Source: Curvularia clavata (lineage: Eukaryota). From it: a stretch of DNA of 64,000 nucleotides. How positions within the stretch are numbered: position 1 is the stretch's first letter; every line of letters begins with the position of its first letter. Below the pieces are notes generated by a model, which was not told the DNA's origin, searched no databases, and was given only the letters and a program-made list of their open reading frames with translations. Shown in pieces: positions 37,321 through 49,350 of the stretch. The stretch spans positions 248,001 to 312,000 of the forward strand of contig CP089278.1 of the NCBI GenBank assembly GCA_023920165.1, given 5' to 3'. The position numbers and the translations under genes were made by a program.

Positions 37321-37909
37321 TGGAAAGAGGACATGAAATGTAGTCCTCGTGTACAATAATTATCAATGCCGAGTTGCTTCAGAGCCGACGGATATTGACG
37401 CGAGAATCCTTTTTGTGGGTGGATGAAAAAAGGGAAGAGTTTGTGCGTGATCATGTATACTCGGCCCCAATGATGCGATCTTTGGTACCGAGGAGCAGGC
37501 TACCCACGACTACTGCAATTCAGGAGATACTCAGACGATGACATACTTCCGAGTGGAAAAGAAGGTAATGCTGGACATCGTGTGTTTCTTTTTTCCAATC
37601 ACATCATACACATACAAGATCTCAAGTTAGTGGCCCACATGAGCAGTGTGATGGGTATTTGATAGCTGAACACCATTCGTGACCTTATACGCCTGAGTTG
37701 ATTCTATGGATATTTCTCTTCAAATCAGCGCATATGAGCCTACGGTAAAATAGATACTGCCTAGCCATGACCTTTTTTTCTGCCGCCATCCCGCTAGCAG
37801 AGAGGCGTGCTTTCCCATTCCGCCATCGACTTCTTGATCAACATACAAAGCAAAAGTTACTCTGCATAAGCTGTGCGAGCGATCACGTGAGTTGGAGACA
37901 GTACAGTGT

Positions 37910-39874
37910 TCAACAAGCGCGCCCGCTTGATATCTGTCCCACCACGGTAGCAGATGACAGTTGCCTTGCTGGACGAGTCGTCGCTGTCTCTGTTTTGTTT
38001 ACTGTCGTGCCTATGTCCATGAATACCCCTTCCAGATCATACATTAGACTATCATGTGCATTTTCGACCTCCTCCAGCGCGCCTCGCAATTTTGCCTCAT
38101 TGTATTCATACGTATCGAAGTAGTTTTGTTCAAGACCAAAGCCCTTGAGGGTTTTCTCCCTGTCAGCTGGAGACAGGGTCTGGAGATTCATGCCCCAGGC
38201 CCTAGTCACGAAGCATGCTACTATCTGTTCGAAGAGCGTTTGGTGCACCTTATCAATGTGTTGCTGGGCCTGTTTGACTGGAGGCGGGTTAGTTCTATCA
38301 GGAAACAGTAATGATATTCGACAGGAAGGAATTAGACTCACGCTTTTCGCCTTGTGGACTTTCTTCAAACCATTTCAACGTTAAATAAGGTGCAGTGGCT
38401 GCAGTGACTCCCACTCCGGCGTATGCTGCGCTGACAACAACCAGTGCAGGCAGCATGGTCGTAGCTGCAGTTGTAAGAACGGCTGCAGTTGTAAGCGCAG
38501 CTGTGCCCATAACCGTCCCTAGCTTAACATTTCGTGATTTCCGCCGGTTCTCGAGGATAGTGATCAATGTTTTTGAGCCAACGGTTAGGCATCGTGAGAG
38601 ATTTTGAAGACGCTTTACACTTTGCATGGCTTCATAGTATAATGCGGCTGAAGGAACTTGAGGCGGAGTCAGCGACCTTCTGTGATGACGTTTATCACCA
38701 AGACTTACCGTCCATTACAAGGCAATGGCGGATGCGTGCCATTGCCGCACGATGTGAATCTTGGAATCCAATCCTGAAACCATCAGCGTATTCTACTGCC
38801 TCTACAAGTTCTTGCTCTGTAGTGCCCCCATATGCAGGCGTTTGTATCTGCATCGTTTTGTTAATGGTTGAACTACCTGTTGAATGCTACGCGTACTTAC
38901 CTGCATTCTAACATTCGATATAGCCTTGGCCATGTCCAGTGCAATCTCTTGCCACTTGGCCTTCCGTTCAGGTTGTGATTCTGTGGCCGAAGAGGTAGGA
39001 TCCTTAGGCTCTCGAACGAATTCAGCCACCGCATATAGTGACATGGAAGAATCTGATATGGAAGCATCGTGTGGGTTCATATCAGATCTCGAGAGGTGCA
39101 TAGGTAGCGCGTCTGTCAGACTGAGGCTTGAGACTAACTTACTCATATCCGCAGGTGTGCTTTCGAAAGCCACGTCTTGCAAGACAGCCGATGGACAACG
39201 CGCGATGATTTTGCAACAGGATTCTAGCATGAGAAGGAACGTGTCTAGTGCAAGTGCCCTATATGGAATTAATTCTTAGTAAGTAATGTTGATACTCCTC
39301 ATAGACGGCATAGACTTACATGGAGCTACCTGTGGATAGTTTTGCAACCTCCTCCCCATCAATCCTGGGGTCTATGGTGGCGGGTATGCCTTCAATCAGT
39401 TGTCCAAACGTCAGGGTAGCTTGTGCTCCTGGAGAGTCAACATCTACCGGTAGCATGTTTATCCAATGCATTCGACCGTCGAAGAGCGTCCAAGATTCCT
39501 CGCAGCCGTATCGCTCTAGGAGAACATTCCATAGCTGCCTAGCTTGCAAAACCGAGATAGTTGATGAGTACCGATTATGTTTAGGGACGAAGTAGACCTT
39601 GAGCACAAGTCAGCCTTTTATGTGGAGAAAACGCAAAACTGTCTCTTGCTTGGCATACTGAAACCTCGACCAGCTCAGACTGGGCTTGCACAGCGTGTGG
39701 ATAGCATTCCCACTCGTAGTACGCGCCGCTTTGCAAGTTGTTCAACGAGTGGAGATAATCGATACAGTCCTGTGCAAGCTTCAAATGGTTTTGTTCACAC
39801 ATGCCCACCGGGGCAGTCTGCTGGTATGTACAACAAAAAAGTAGTCTCGCCGTTTGCGTTTGGAGACTTGCCAT
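37910..39874 (-). CDS. Orphan helical protein with a long A/T/V/G hydrophobic hairpin, 6 exons
   Basis: Five introns with good donors (GTATGC, GTAAGT x3, GTGAGT) and mostly CTRAC branch points splice ORFs 39581, 39316, 38802, an exon near 38710-38848, 38298 and 37910 into one open frame. Hairpin GTVMGTAALTTAAVLTTAATTMLPALVVVSAAYAGVGVTAATAP. Confidence 0.7.
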
Positions 39875-40456
39875 AGTTGTTGGGGTTTGTCTTGGAGACC
39901 TCCACCGACGATATTTGGGTGAAGAATAGTACAAGGCCAAGGTTGGGCTGTAATAGGCGCAGCAGTAATAGCGGCAGTAGTTGTAATAGCATTGGTACGA
40001 GGCTACACCAAAGTTTCAAAAGCTGGAAGTTCGGCATCCTCGGCTTCCGGTCTGTCCTGGGCTAGAACATTGCTGGCGTGTTGCATAGCATATTGGGAAG
40101 TACCTAGTCTAAGCCTCCTAGGCGCGTAACGCCACCTCCTGCAGAGGTGGTACGGTGTTTAGAGTTCATCTCCCATGCAGATAGTAGAATGTGATCTCCT
40201 GTGCAGATAAAGCTGTGCGCATGTTGGTCTGTGCGACATCGCTGATCAATGACTACCTAGGTAGGCATAAGCGATAGGCTGAAGCAGCGCAAGGCAACCA
40301 AAGAGACGGATCCCATAGCACAAATTCTCATAGCACACACACACACACATAGCCTCGAGTTCTCAAGGTATTTGTTCTTCTTACCGATTGTCGCATCTTT
40401 CGGCTATCAGTCTCCCAGGCTGTTTCCAGAGCGCTGGACATCAATTGCAACCACAC

Positions 40457-41244
40457 ATGGATGCGAGCGCTTCGAATATGTCGCAACATATCCCGCGCAG
40501 TGATATGGAGCGACCACGCAGTTATGATAGTGCTCGTATTCCATTCCAAGCTGTAAACGAATCAGAGAGGCGCATCTGGCAGCACTTCGAATCATACAAG
40601 CGATCTGCTATCCTTCACGCTGAACAGTATCTACGATATAGCGCTATAAGGAAGCACGATCCAGATTCGTTCATAGATGTCCAACTTTCGAGTTTGAGTG
40701 AATATACCCTCTCCATCATCCCATCTCATCTACGGCGTATACTGACATTCAACAAGTGGCTCCAGGTGTTAAACAGGAATCTCCAATCAACTGGGGTCGA
40801 GAAGCTGCGCAAGACGATCTCTACGATGACCTGCAAGTGCTACAGTCTTTGTCAGATCACATGTTGCATGTATCGAAGAAACGTCTACCAAGATACTATG
40901 TCCTCGTTGCTACCCTGTAAGTACTCAACGCAACAGTAATCCTCCCCGGCTAACGGTTCAGACTCATGACGACAACGCTATCAGGCTCCCACACAAACAG
41001 CAGCCTAAAGAAACTTTGGGTCTCATCACTGGCAGCTCTGAGCGCTGCATCATGTTACACAGGGTACAGAACATTGAAATTCGGTGTGGTTTACCTATGC
41101 TCGCGGGTTATCGATTCTTTACGTGACAGGCTGGATCGAAAGATATTAGACGAGAAGGACAAAGCAAGTTTGGAGGGAAGAAGATTTCAGTCATTGTGGT
41201 GGATATATCATTTGACTGCCTCGAAAACTAGATTGTGTACGTAG
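40457..41244 (+). CDS. Orphan protein with two hydrophobic segments, 3 exons
   Basis: Introns at about 40692-40757 (CTGAC..AAG) and 40917-40961 (GTAAGT..CTAAC..CAG) give an open frame: ...WGREAAQDDLYDDLQVLQSLSDHMLHVSKKRLPRYYVLVATLLMTTTLSG...LWVSSLAALSAASCYTGY... Confidence 0.6.
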
Positions 41245-41953
41245 GTAGAATTCTTACATAGCAGGTGTGCCTCTGTCGGTGCTTACCAGATAACATAGAT
41301 ATCCTTGAATTCGCTTGTCTCTTTGAGGATGACGGTGCGTACTTGAATATATTTTATCGACCTTCAGCAAACTTCTAGCGCAATGTTGACAATAGATCAT
41401 AGTAGGCAGTGCCCGCTAAGACAACCCTTTCAACGAGAGCTCTACTTCGTCCCACAACCATTATGAAAAGCAAAACGTACTGATAAGGCAAGTACCATTC
41501 GACGAGTTTTAGAAAGGTACAGGATAGCAAAATTTTACCGTAATGAATAACACTGGAACAAAGCTATGTGGCTTCAGGCTGAAATACCGACGGATGCGAC
41601 AGTACTCGTATCCTGGTTGGTTGAGACCGCCACGCGACCTATAGCTCCTTGAGACACCAATTCACGTCACTTTCTCGCTAAAATAGGCTAGTGCGACAGG
41701 TACTACACAACTATAAATATCCTTTCATCCTGCCTCCCTCCGTTTGTGCTAAACAATTCTACCGCCTACTGTTGTAATCGATATCTATATTACCTTACCC
41801 ACAACCAACGTACCGATAAAGAATTGCAAAGATAAAACATTGCGATCCAAATCTACGAGTTCACGTAAAGCCCACCCTTTCTCTGCCAAGCAAAGAATCT
41901 TACCCATCAGTTTATATCATACATATCGCTCCACTATCCTACGCTTACACACG

Positions 41954-42112
41954 ATGTCTGGCGAAAATTCGGGAAACAAAAACACAAAACAGAGCTTTTC
42001 TAAAGGGCTCACCATGTTTGGTGTCGTTGTTCTGACGATATCCGCGGTTGGAACTAAACTCTTTGGCAAAAACCCGTCATCGACGAGACAAGCTCGTCCA
42101 CAAAGAGAGTAG
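41954..42112 (+). CDS. Possible 52-aa single-pass membrane microprotein
   Basis: MSGENSGNKNTKQSFSKGLTMFGVVVLTISAVGTKLFG..., with upstream TATAAATA at about 41712 followed by a CT-rich stretch. Confidence 0.3.
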   Translation: MSGENSGNKNTKQSFSKGLTMFGVVVLTISAVGTKLFGKNPSSTRQARPQRE

Positions 42113-43045
42113 GTGGTATATCTTCTTGCCTGAAGATAGAGGTTTCGTGGGATTTATATCGGATAAAGAGGCTACAGATGATGAAACATATGTTCACTCT
42201 TCTGCCTCTGCTACGCCCGTATCATCCTACTTAAAATTGCTAGATATCCCTACATCGCTCTTTCTCATTAGCCCATCGATGCCGTCAGATTTTGTTGCAC
42301 ATGGAATGAAATGTGGCTGAGCACAGTGACTGCGTGACAACCATTTTAATTTTCAGGTTCCGGTTTTTCGTAATACTCACCATGATCCAAACACCTTTCT
42401 GCGAAAAGCTGTGTGGAAGGTTAAGAGTTGATCTCGTAGCTCGCTCGGAGCTGGCAGAATCAAATTGTGATGTCGTTGCTTGTGCAGAAGTCGCTCCTTC
42501 CTATGCCCGCCCCCGTCTCCTCTTTCCGCAACCGAAGTGCCGTTGGTCCAAAGAAAGCAGGTAAATTAAACCTATAAATAGCGTGTTTCTCTCCACTATC
42601 ACATTGCATACTACTCAAGCGAAGGCGCGCGATATTGCCAAGGATAGAGGACCAGTCATCCTTGTGCGGTCTGTGCTATCGCACGAGCCCGCGCGACTCG
42701 AACTACAGCTTGTAGGGCGCAATATTGTGATAGTGGCGCATACGAACGCAAGCTGAAGATGCACCTTCTTGACTCAGCGTTATTGAACCCACAGTTTCTC
42801 CAATCAGTGTGGCTCGATGGTAAGAAGGCAGATGTCAAGGCTGACTTCGCACGGTAGCTTTGCCACCGGTGAAGACCCAAGTATTCGATTGCAGTTGTCC
42901 ACATCCTCACCCGGGTTTTGGCTTGACTTCTGTGCCTGCGACGAACTCCAGATGCGTCCACGTCCCACACATAAAGCAAAGATCAATTTCACTCCTATCT
43001 TTACACCTTCGACCGTTGTACCTGACCGGGGAAACATCAAGCGAC

Positions 43046-45845
43046 ATGCCACCTGATACATCCGAGGACATGTCCGAAACAGCCAACACGAGCTTGGCAG
43101 GTAGTGCTCTTAACGCTGAAGGTGCGGACCACGACGGTGAACATGCTTCTGGCAACCCGAATCACAGCGCGTCTGGAGGGACAGAAAGCCTGGATAGAGA
43201 TCCGGATTTGATGCGTGCCTTACGCTTATTCAAGTTGACTCGAGATATCAGCGCTTGTCATGCAATGGCTGCTTCTGAAAAGGCTCAATCAAAGCGTCCG
43301 ACTGGGGGTTTCGTCACGCCAAATCCGCCAACGGTGTTACGAACAGTTTATCGACAGCCCGTCAAGGGGCTCATGACACATCCAACTTACGATCGGGGTT
43401 TGGACGAGCGCGAGTATGACGAGTATCGTGATTCTGCTTCAGGCAGTGCCATAGAGCTGAAGAAGGATGTCAGGGTCATTCCACCCAACAGTATCTCGGG
43501 AGCTCGATCTATCAACGGTACTCAAGACATCATCGATCATATCGTTTCCGAGAAAATGATCATCCGGTCGCCAGCTCTAATCAAAACCATCAAGTCTGTT
43601 GTTTCTTACTGGCCTAGCTCTGCGTATTACGATAATCAGACCAGACTGGAGTTGAATCGCCCATACCGATCAATCTGCGTTTATCGTGACGAGTTTCAAC
43701 ACGCCCTGGAAAGCGACAAGGCTGCATACGATCGTATCACTGTGAGTGAAAGACGCAACAAGGACGCCAAAGAGCTTGCCAAGTCAATCGAGGAACTTGA
43801 AATGCTTCTTAATGAAGTAGACAAAGTACAGAAAGATCCCATTGCAGAAGAAAAGCGGAGAAACACAGGAGACAAGGGCCGTCAAATCCCGCCGAAAGCA
43901 ACTTTCGATATGTTGTGGATGCTGTACAAACCTGGTGAGCAAGTCTATGTTCAGACTGAAGACTTCGAGGGACTGTGCCGAATTCGCTTGTTGGTATGGG
44001 ATCGCGGCAGAGCCCTCAGTACTGACGCTGAGGACCCCTATGCTGCCGTTGAGCTCAATCTATGGTATTTGGATCATGACGGTGAGTTCTTATGCCACAC
44101 TTAATTGTCTACTTGCTGAGTTCGGGCTCGAGGAACTGGTCTCAATCGACGTCATCATTGTCTCAAGATTGAGCGCTTCCAGGGCGAGCACGAAATCCTG
44201 GAGCTACCAGCGTACCCTATCAAATACATGCCCCTAAGCGCTGGCACTAGCTTTAATCTTACGGAACGAGGTAAGAAGTATTGTCACTGGATTGCGAAAG
44301 GTTTTTCGCATTGCTGGTACGATGGACTTATTTCGAGACATAAGTCTACGCCTTACACCAAGCATATGCACATCGGTGTAAGTAGAGTTCTATCAACTAG
44401 TCACAATTGCTGAGATATCTAGTATCGTGGAAAGGTCGTCATTGATCCAGAATACTATCATCGGGAAAAAGGTCGTGTTGAAGGGGCAAAATGGCTGGCA
44501 ACATCAACATCGACTAGTCCTGCAAATCGCAGACCTGATGCGTTCACAAAGCTCGACCCTGCAGACACCAAAACCTTGGAAAATCCCGATCTGCCCCTAC
44601 TTCCGCAGTGGATCCGTGGATTCACTATTGGAACCCGTGGTGTAAGAGACTGGGGTGAGCACCACGTCCTGTCTGTTCATCTCTTACTAACATGTCAGCT
44701 TGGCTCAACGTGGATCAGTTGAAGGATTGTAAGTAACCCTGCATTCTCCTGGTACTTGGGATTGACATGCTAGACACGTACAAGCACGACCTCATCAACA
44801 CAGTTGCTTTCTCGGATAACAATGACTTGGATCACATTAAAGCCGCCACTAAGGCATACCGAGATACGCCCGAAACGTTCAAACCTGATCACATTGCAGA
44901 GAAAGGAGAAGGCCGTATCATCCTTCTCCACGGCTCCCCAGGACTCGGAAAGACATACACCGCTGAATGTATTGCGGAGTGGTCTGGTGAGCTAATCCGT
45001 TCACTAGTGGATATATGTAGCTGATTGTGTTCAGGCCGTCCTCTACTACGTCTAACTTGCGCTGAGCTTGGTATGTTGAAATGATATCCCGGGCGCAATA
45101 AAAGATCAAGTGCTGAGTGCATCTAGGGATGGATCCAGCAACCCTCGAGGCCAATCTCAATAGACACTTCAGACGTGCTGAACGCTGGGATGCAATAGTT
45201 CTCATCGACGAAGCGGATCTTTTTCTAGAGCTGCGAGACAGGCAAAGATCTCTGGAGAGTGTAGCAGTCGTTGCAGGTAGATTAACATGATCTTCTCACT
45301 TATATACCATATGTACCTGATCTGATATGAGTAGTGTTTCTTCGAGCTTTGGAGTACTACTCAGGCATCATGTTCCTCACTACGAACCGCGTTCAATCCT
45401 TCGACCCAGCAGCACTCGATCGTATGATGCTCATCATTCGCTACCAGCCTCCGGACGAGGAAGTCAGACGCCGCATTCGGGAAAGTTGCATAAAAAAGAT
45501 GAACGAAATGAAGCGCTTCGATTTCACCGCAGATGCTGAAGAGGCCTACCGTGAGATCGATAAGGATAATAAATATGCTTGGTCTGGTCGGGAGATAACT
45601 TCAGGTATGCAGATACGGCAGGATTGTGTAAATTCACTAATATCATGTCAGTCTTGAAGCATGCGTCATTACTTGGGGAGTACGATGGGAATAATGATGG
45701 AGGAGTCTCCAGCGTCAAGATCAATGGAGACCACATTAGAAAGGCTATGAAGAAGATCAAAGACATTGATGTGTACTTCAACGGTATAAAGAGTAAGAAG
45801 GGGACAGATAAGATGATCCGACTGGAGAAAGCTGGGCAAAACTAG
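43046..45845 (+). CDS. Fungal AAA+ ATPase (DUF7025-like N-domain plus classical AAA core), about 9 exons
   Basis: ATFDMLWMLYKPGEQVY, FQGEHEILELPAYP, YRGKVVID, Walker A LHGSPGLGKT, Walker B VLIDEAD, FLRALEYYSGIMFLTTNR, arginine finger LDRM, WSGREI. Many short GT-AG introns. TATAAATA at about 42573. Confidence 0.88.
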
Positions 45846-45967
45846 ATGGTAATGACCCGTAATAACTACCATGGCTGAATGACTGCTTGTCTGGACAACA
45901 TATTTGTTTTCATCAAATATTTTCAATTAAGAATGATTATGCTTGCTCCCTATAAAAACTTCTCATC

Positions 45968-48450
45968 TCATCTCTGCCTACTCTCTGAATCCAAATCATC
46001 TCCCCACATCTCAACGTAACCCCTCATCCCCCCCAAGTCGATCCCCCGTTGACTTGGAATCATGCTCTCTATCTCAACTAATCGATCTTCAGATGCCAAG
46101 AATGTTTTGAAAGTAATGAGCCCATTGCCATCTTCGACACAGCGACCGAGAATAAAAGAGATCATCTCCATGATATGGGTCGTTGGAAAACAGTCTTCGA
46201 GGCCGAGCATGATGACTGCGATTGGCTTTGGTAGAGGACCATATTGCTCGAGTAAATGGCGTAGATCTTGCACGTTGCTCACAAGATCCTTGGATGACAG
46301 GAAAGTGAAACATTTCAGCAAATTTCTGCCGAAGTCGGCGAAGATATCTTCCCCTGTTGAGGTATGGTAGTCGCTGATATCCAGAACGATAACATGGCTG
46401 CCTTCATGTTTGAGCATGTAGGCCAGAATATGTGCAGCGGAATGCAGCCATTCAGATTGATCCTCCTCATAGTCATAGAAGTAGAGCATGGTCGCCTTTC
46501 CTTCTAAGAAATCTTGTAGTTCGTTTTTAGCTTCTTCTGGGATCTCCAAAGCCTCTGGTTGTGGTATGGTGCTGCCCCAAATGCTAGGCGGAGGCGGTTC
46601 TGACTCAACAGTCTTAATACTGAAACCGCGGCGGTCCATTTCGACTTCGTGAACATAAGATGTAGGAAGTAGACTGGACGGTGCGTGGTCTCTTTTGACT
46701 CGCTTTATCTCCAAGTATGACACAATCAGATCATGCCCTGCTTCCCTGGCGAGCGCTATCGGGGTTTTGTTATTGATATCGGTGTCTTCCACCTTCCAAT
46801 CCGCATCTACTAGGCAGACTACGCGGCAGAAGTCGCCGTTCTTTGCTGCACGATGAAGCGGCGTCTCTGCAAGACTGCTACCTGTTTGCGAGCTATGTGG
46901 TACCTGTACAAACTCTTTAGCCATCGAAATTCGATCTGAGTCCTTAGCATCTGGGTGTAAAATATCGTAGAAATCGAGGACCGCCTCCCAAGAGAAGACC
47001 CTAGCACTGGGCTCACTGCGAAGCATTCCAACAGCCAATCGTAAATAGCGCACTAGCTTCCAGGGTTCTGTCTTGTCTTCTAAGTTATGATCTTGCAGAC
47101 GTTCCAGCCATCTGTCCACGACAGGTATGCTGTTATAGTATGCTACCTTCATTCCATCAGACATCACGTGGCCATCCATGTGGACTGGAAATGGTCGGCT
47201 GGATCGCTCCAGATTGCTTCTCTCGTTTCTGAACTTCTGCAACTCAGAACCTTTCCAGCCATAACAAACGATCACTGCCATTTCCACCATGATACACCCG
47301 ATTGACCACATATCAAATGCGCGGCCATGATTCTTAGGTAATACTCGGTACCCTTTCTCATCGAAAGTCTCTGGGGGACAGTATTCGCGCGTGCCAAGCG
47401 CTTTAGTAGAGGTAGCACCTGAGCCATCCTTTACGAGCCTAAGATGAGCCATACCAAAATCCGCCAAGATCGCTTTGTTTTCGTCCATCAGTATGTTGGC
47501 CGGTTTCAGGTCATGATGGCAGGTCCACATCTCATCTTCATGAGGCTTATGGAGATGGGCGAGTCCTTGTAGTACTTGGTATACGAATTCGTACAACTTC
47601 TGCCGTAGGAGCACTTTAGGTGTATCATCGTTAATCCAGGACACGCCTTTGTCCAGAAACCTCTGCATTGAGCAGTTAAACCATGGGCATATGGTGACTA
47701 TGGTTATCTCTGAAGGTGCTGCTGTGTCTGAGCTGCGCCAAGGCTCCGTATAAGAAAGGACGATTGGTATGATGTACTCATGCTTCCGTCGACGAAGTGT
47801 CATGGCTTCTCGTTTTACAACTTTTTCCTTTCTGCCGTAGTCGTCATTGTCTATCATAACTGTTTTCTTTGCGAACAGCTGCCTCTCGTCAGTATTCATC
47901 TCTGGACGTCCGCGAATCCCATTACCTGTCCTGGTGGCCAGCCTTCAACATGGCCATCTGCGATCTGAACTTGTTCAAGTCTACCGAAGGAGGAGCTGTC
48001 GATCCCTGAAGGCTGAGGTTGTACATTCTTGAACAAACTTTTCACCTCCACGTCGTCCGGTGGCTCAAGATGGACGGTGGTATTCCAAAAAGGTGCGAGA
48101 ATCCATTGTGATCTTCTTAGAACACGAACATGGGCTTCGTCTTTGATATGCAGACAACTCTCTGATCCTATCGGAAGAATCTCGTCCGTAGTCTGTGCCT
48201 CATATAACTCGTGCAGGTATTGGGGTAGATTTGCGTATATGAAGACGGCAAATAATTTCAGAGCTTTAGAGGAGAAGAATTCTGTAAGTCTATCCCGACT
48301 TGCAGCTTCAGCGTTCTCTGGACACTCAAAGTACCCTTGAACTTCTTTTTTCGTAACAATATTCTTTAAAGCAGTCGTAGAAACGAATCCGTGTGCTCCT
48401 CTCTCGGCTTCACGGCGCAGCACTTCATAGAGGCTCATTAAATCTGACAT
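45968..48450 (-). CDS. Ser/Thr protein kinase, 2 ankyrin repeats and degenerate NACHT-like C-terminal domain, 2 exons
   Basis: Intron 47879-47925 joins ORFs 47896 and 45968. FAKK (VAIK Lys), REA (alphaC Glu), HHDLKPANIL, DFG, GTREYCPPE, DMWSIGC. Ankyrins TPLHRAAKNG and TPIALAREAGH. C-terminal KPIAVIMLGLEDC and FKTFLAS resemble NACHT Walker B and sensor-1. Confidence 0.88.
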
Positions 48451-49350
48451 GGAAACCAGGAAGAAGCTATATCGTGAGTTTTCAATTTCTTAGCAGTGAG
48501 TTTATGCTAGCGAAAGATGACTGATGAGGCTATAAACTGGGTTGACTGATTGTTGCTCAGCCGCACTCGATTTTCCAACCCCCTGTCTGCCAACCGCGAT
48601 TAGCCTTGGGTATATGCTGCGCCACTATCAGGCACTTTCAGCCTGATGCGTGTCTCTGATATGGTCTCTCGCAAGGCTCCAATCTGAATCTATGATGACT
48701 GCGCATTAGTCAAAAGCCACATGCACTGGCTGAAGACCGCTCACTTTCCAGGCAGGGCTCTCTCCGCTACTCCCTCCCTTTTCGATGATCGTTCCGGTGC
48801 GCCATTTTCCTTGGTTTGAGTATGCTCAGCTCATGCACTGACCAAGGTGATGGTGTCTGTCAGTGGTATATGAACTTACCTCCTAGATAACAGTATACAA
48901 CCAGATTCTCTGATATTATACCATCCTCGGGAGATACACTGTCATCAGGTAGATCGTTAAAGGTAGACATGCTCGCTAGCAAAATTTGTTGATAATTTCC
49001 AAACAGAAAGGGTTTCCGAAAGAAAAGTCGATGGCTAATCCTTAGTACTCGCTTGTTGGTGCAGTGCGCATCATAGCGAAGTTCGGATACCCCGCTCTTA
49101 TACAGTCCTCTTCGTTGTCAAGGCTGAGATCCTTCAATAGTGGTCAACTTTTCTGGTGAAGCGTGCATAAGTTGGGACGCCTTGCATTAATTCAGCCATC
49201 AATCACTGGGAAGCTTCTAGCGGGGCCTGCTTCTATGTTTCGTTGTCATACATATTACTGAGCATATCAACGCGGAAGCCTTGGTCAATCCGCCTTCGTC
49301 TTCCACGGTATACCATCGCTAAGCATACTTTTTATCAGCTTTCGACGCGA

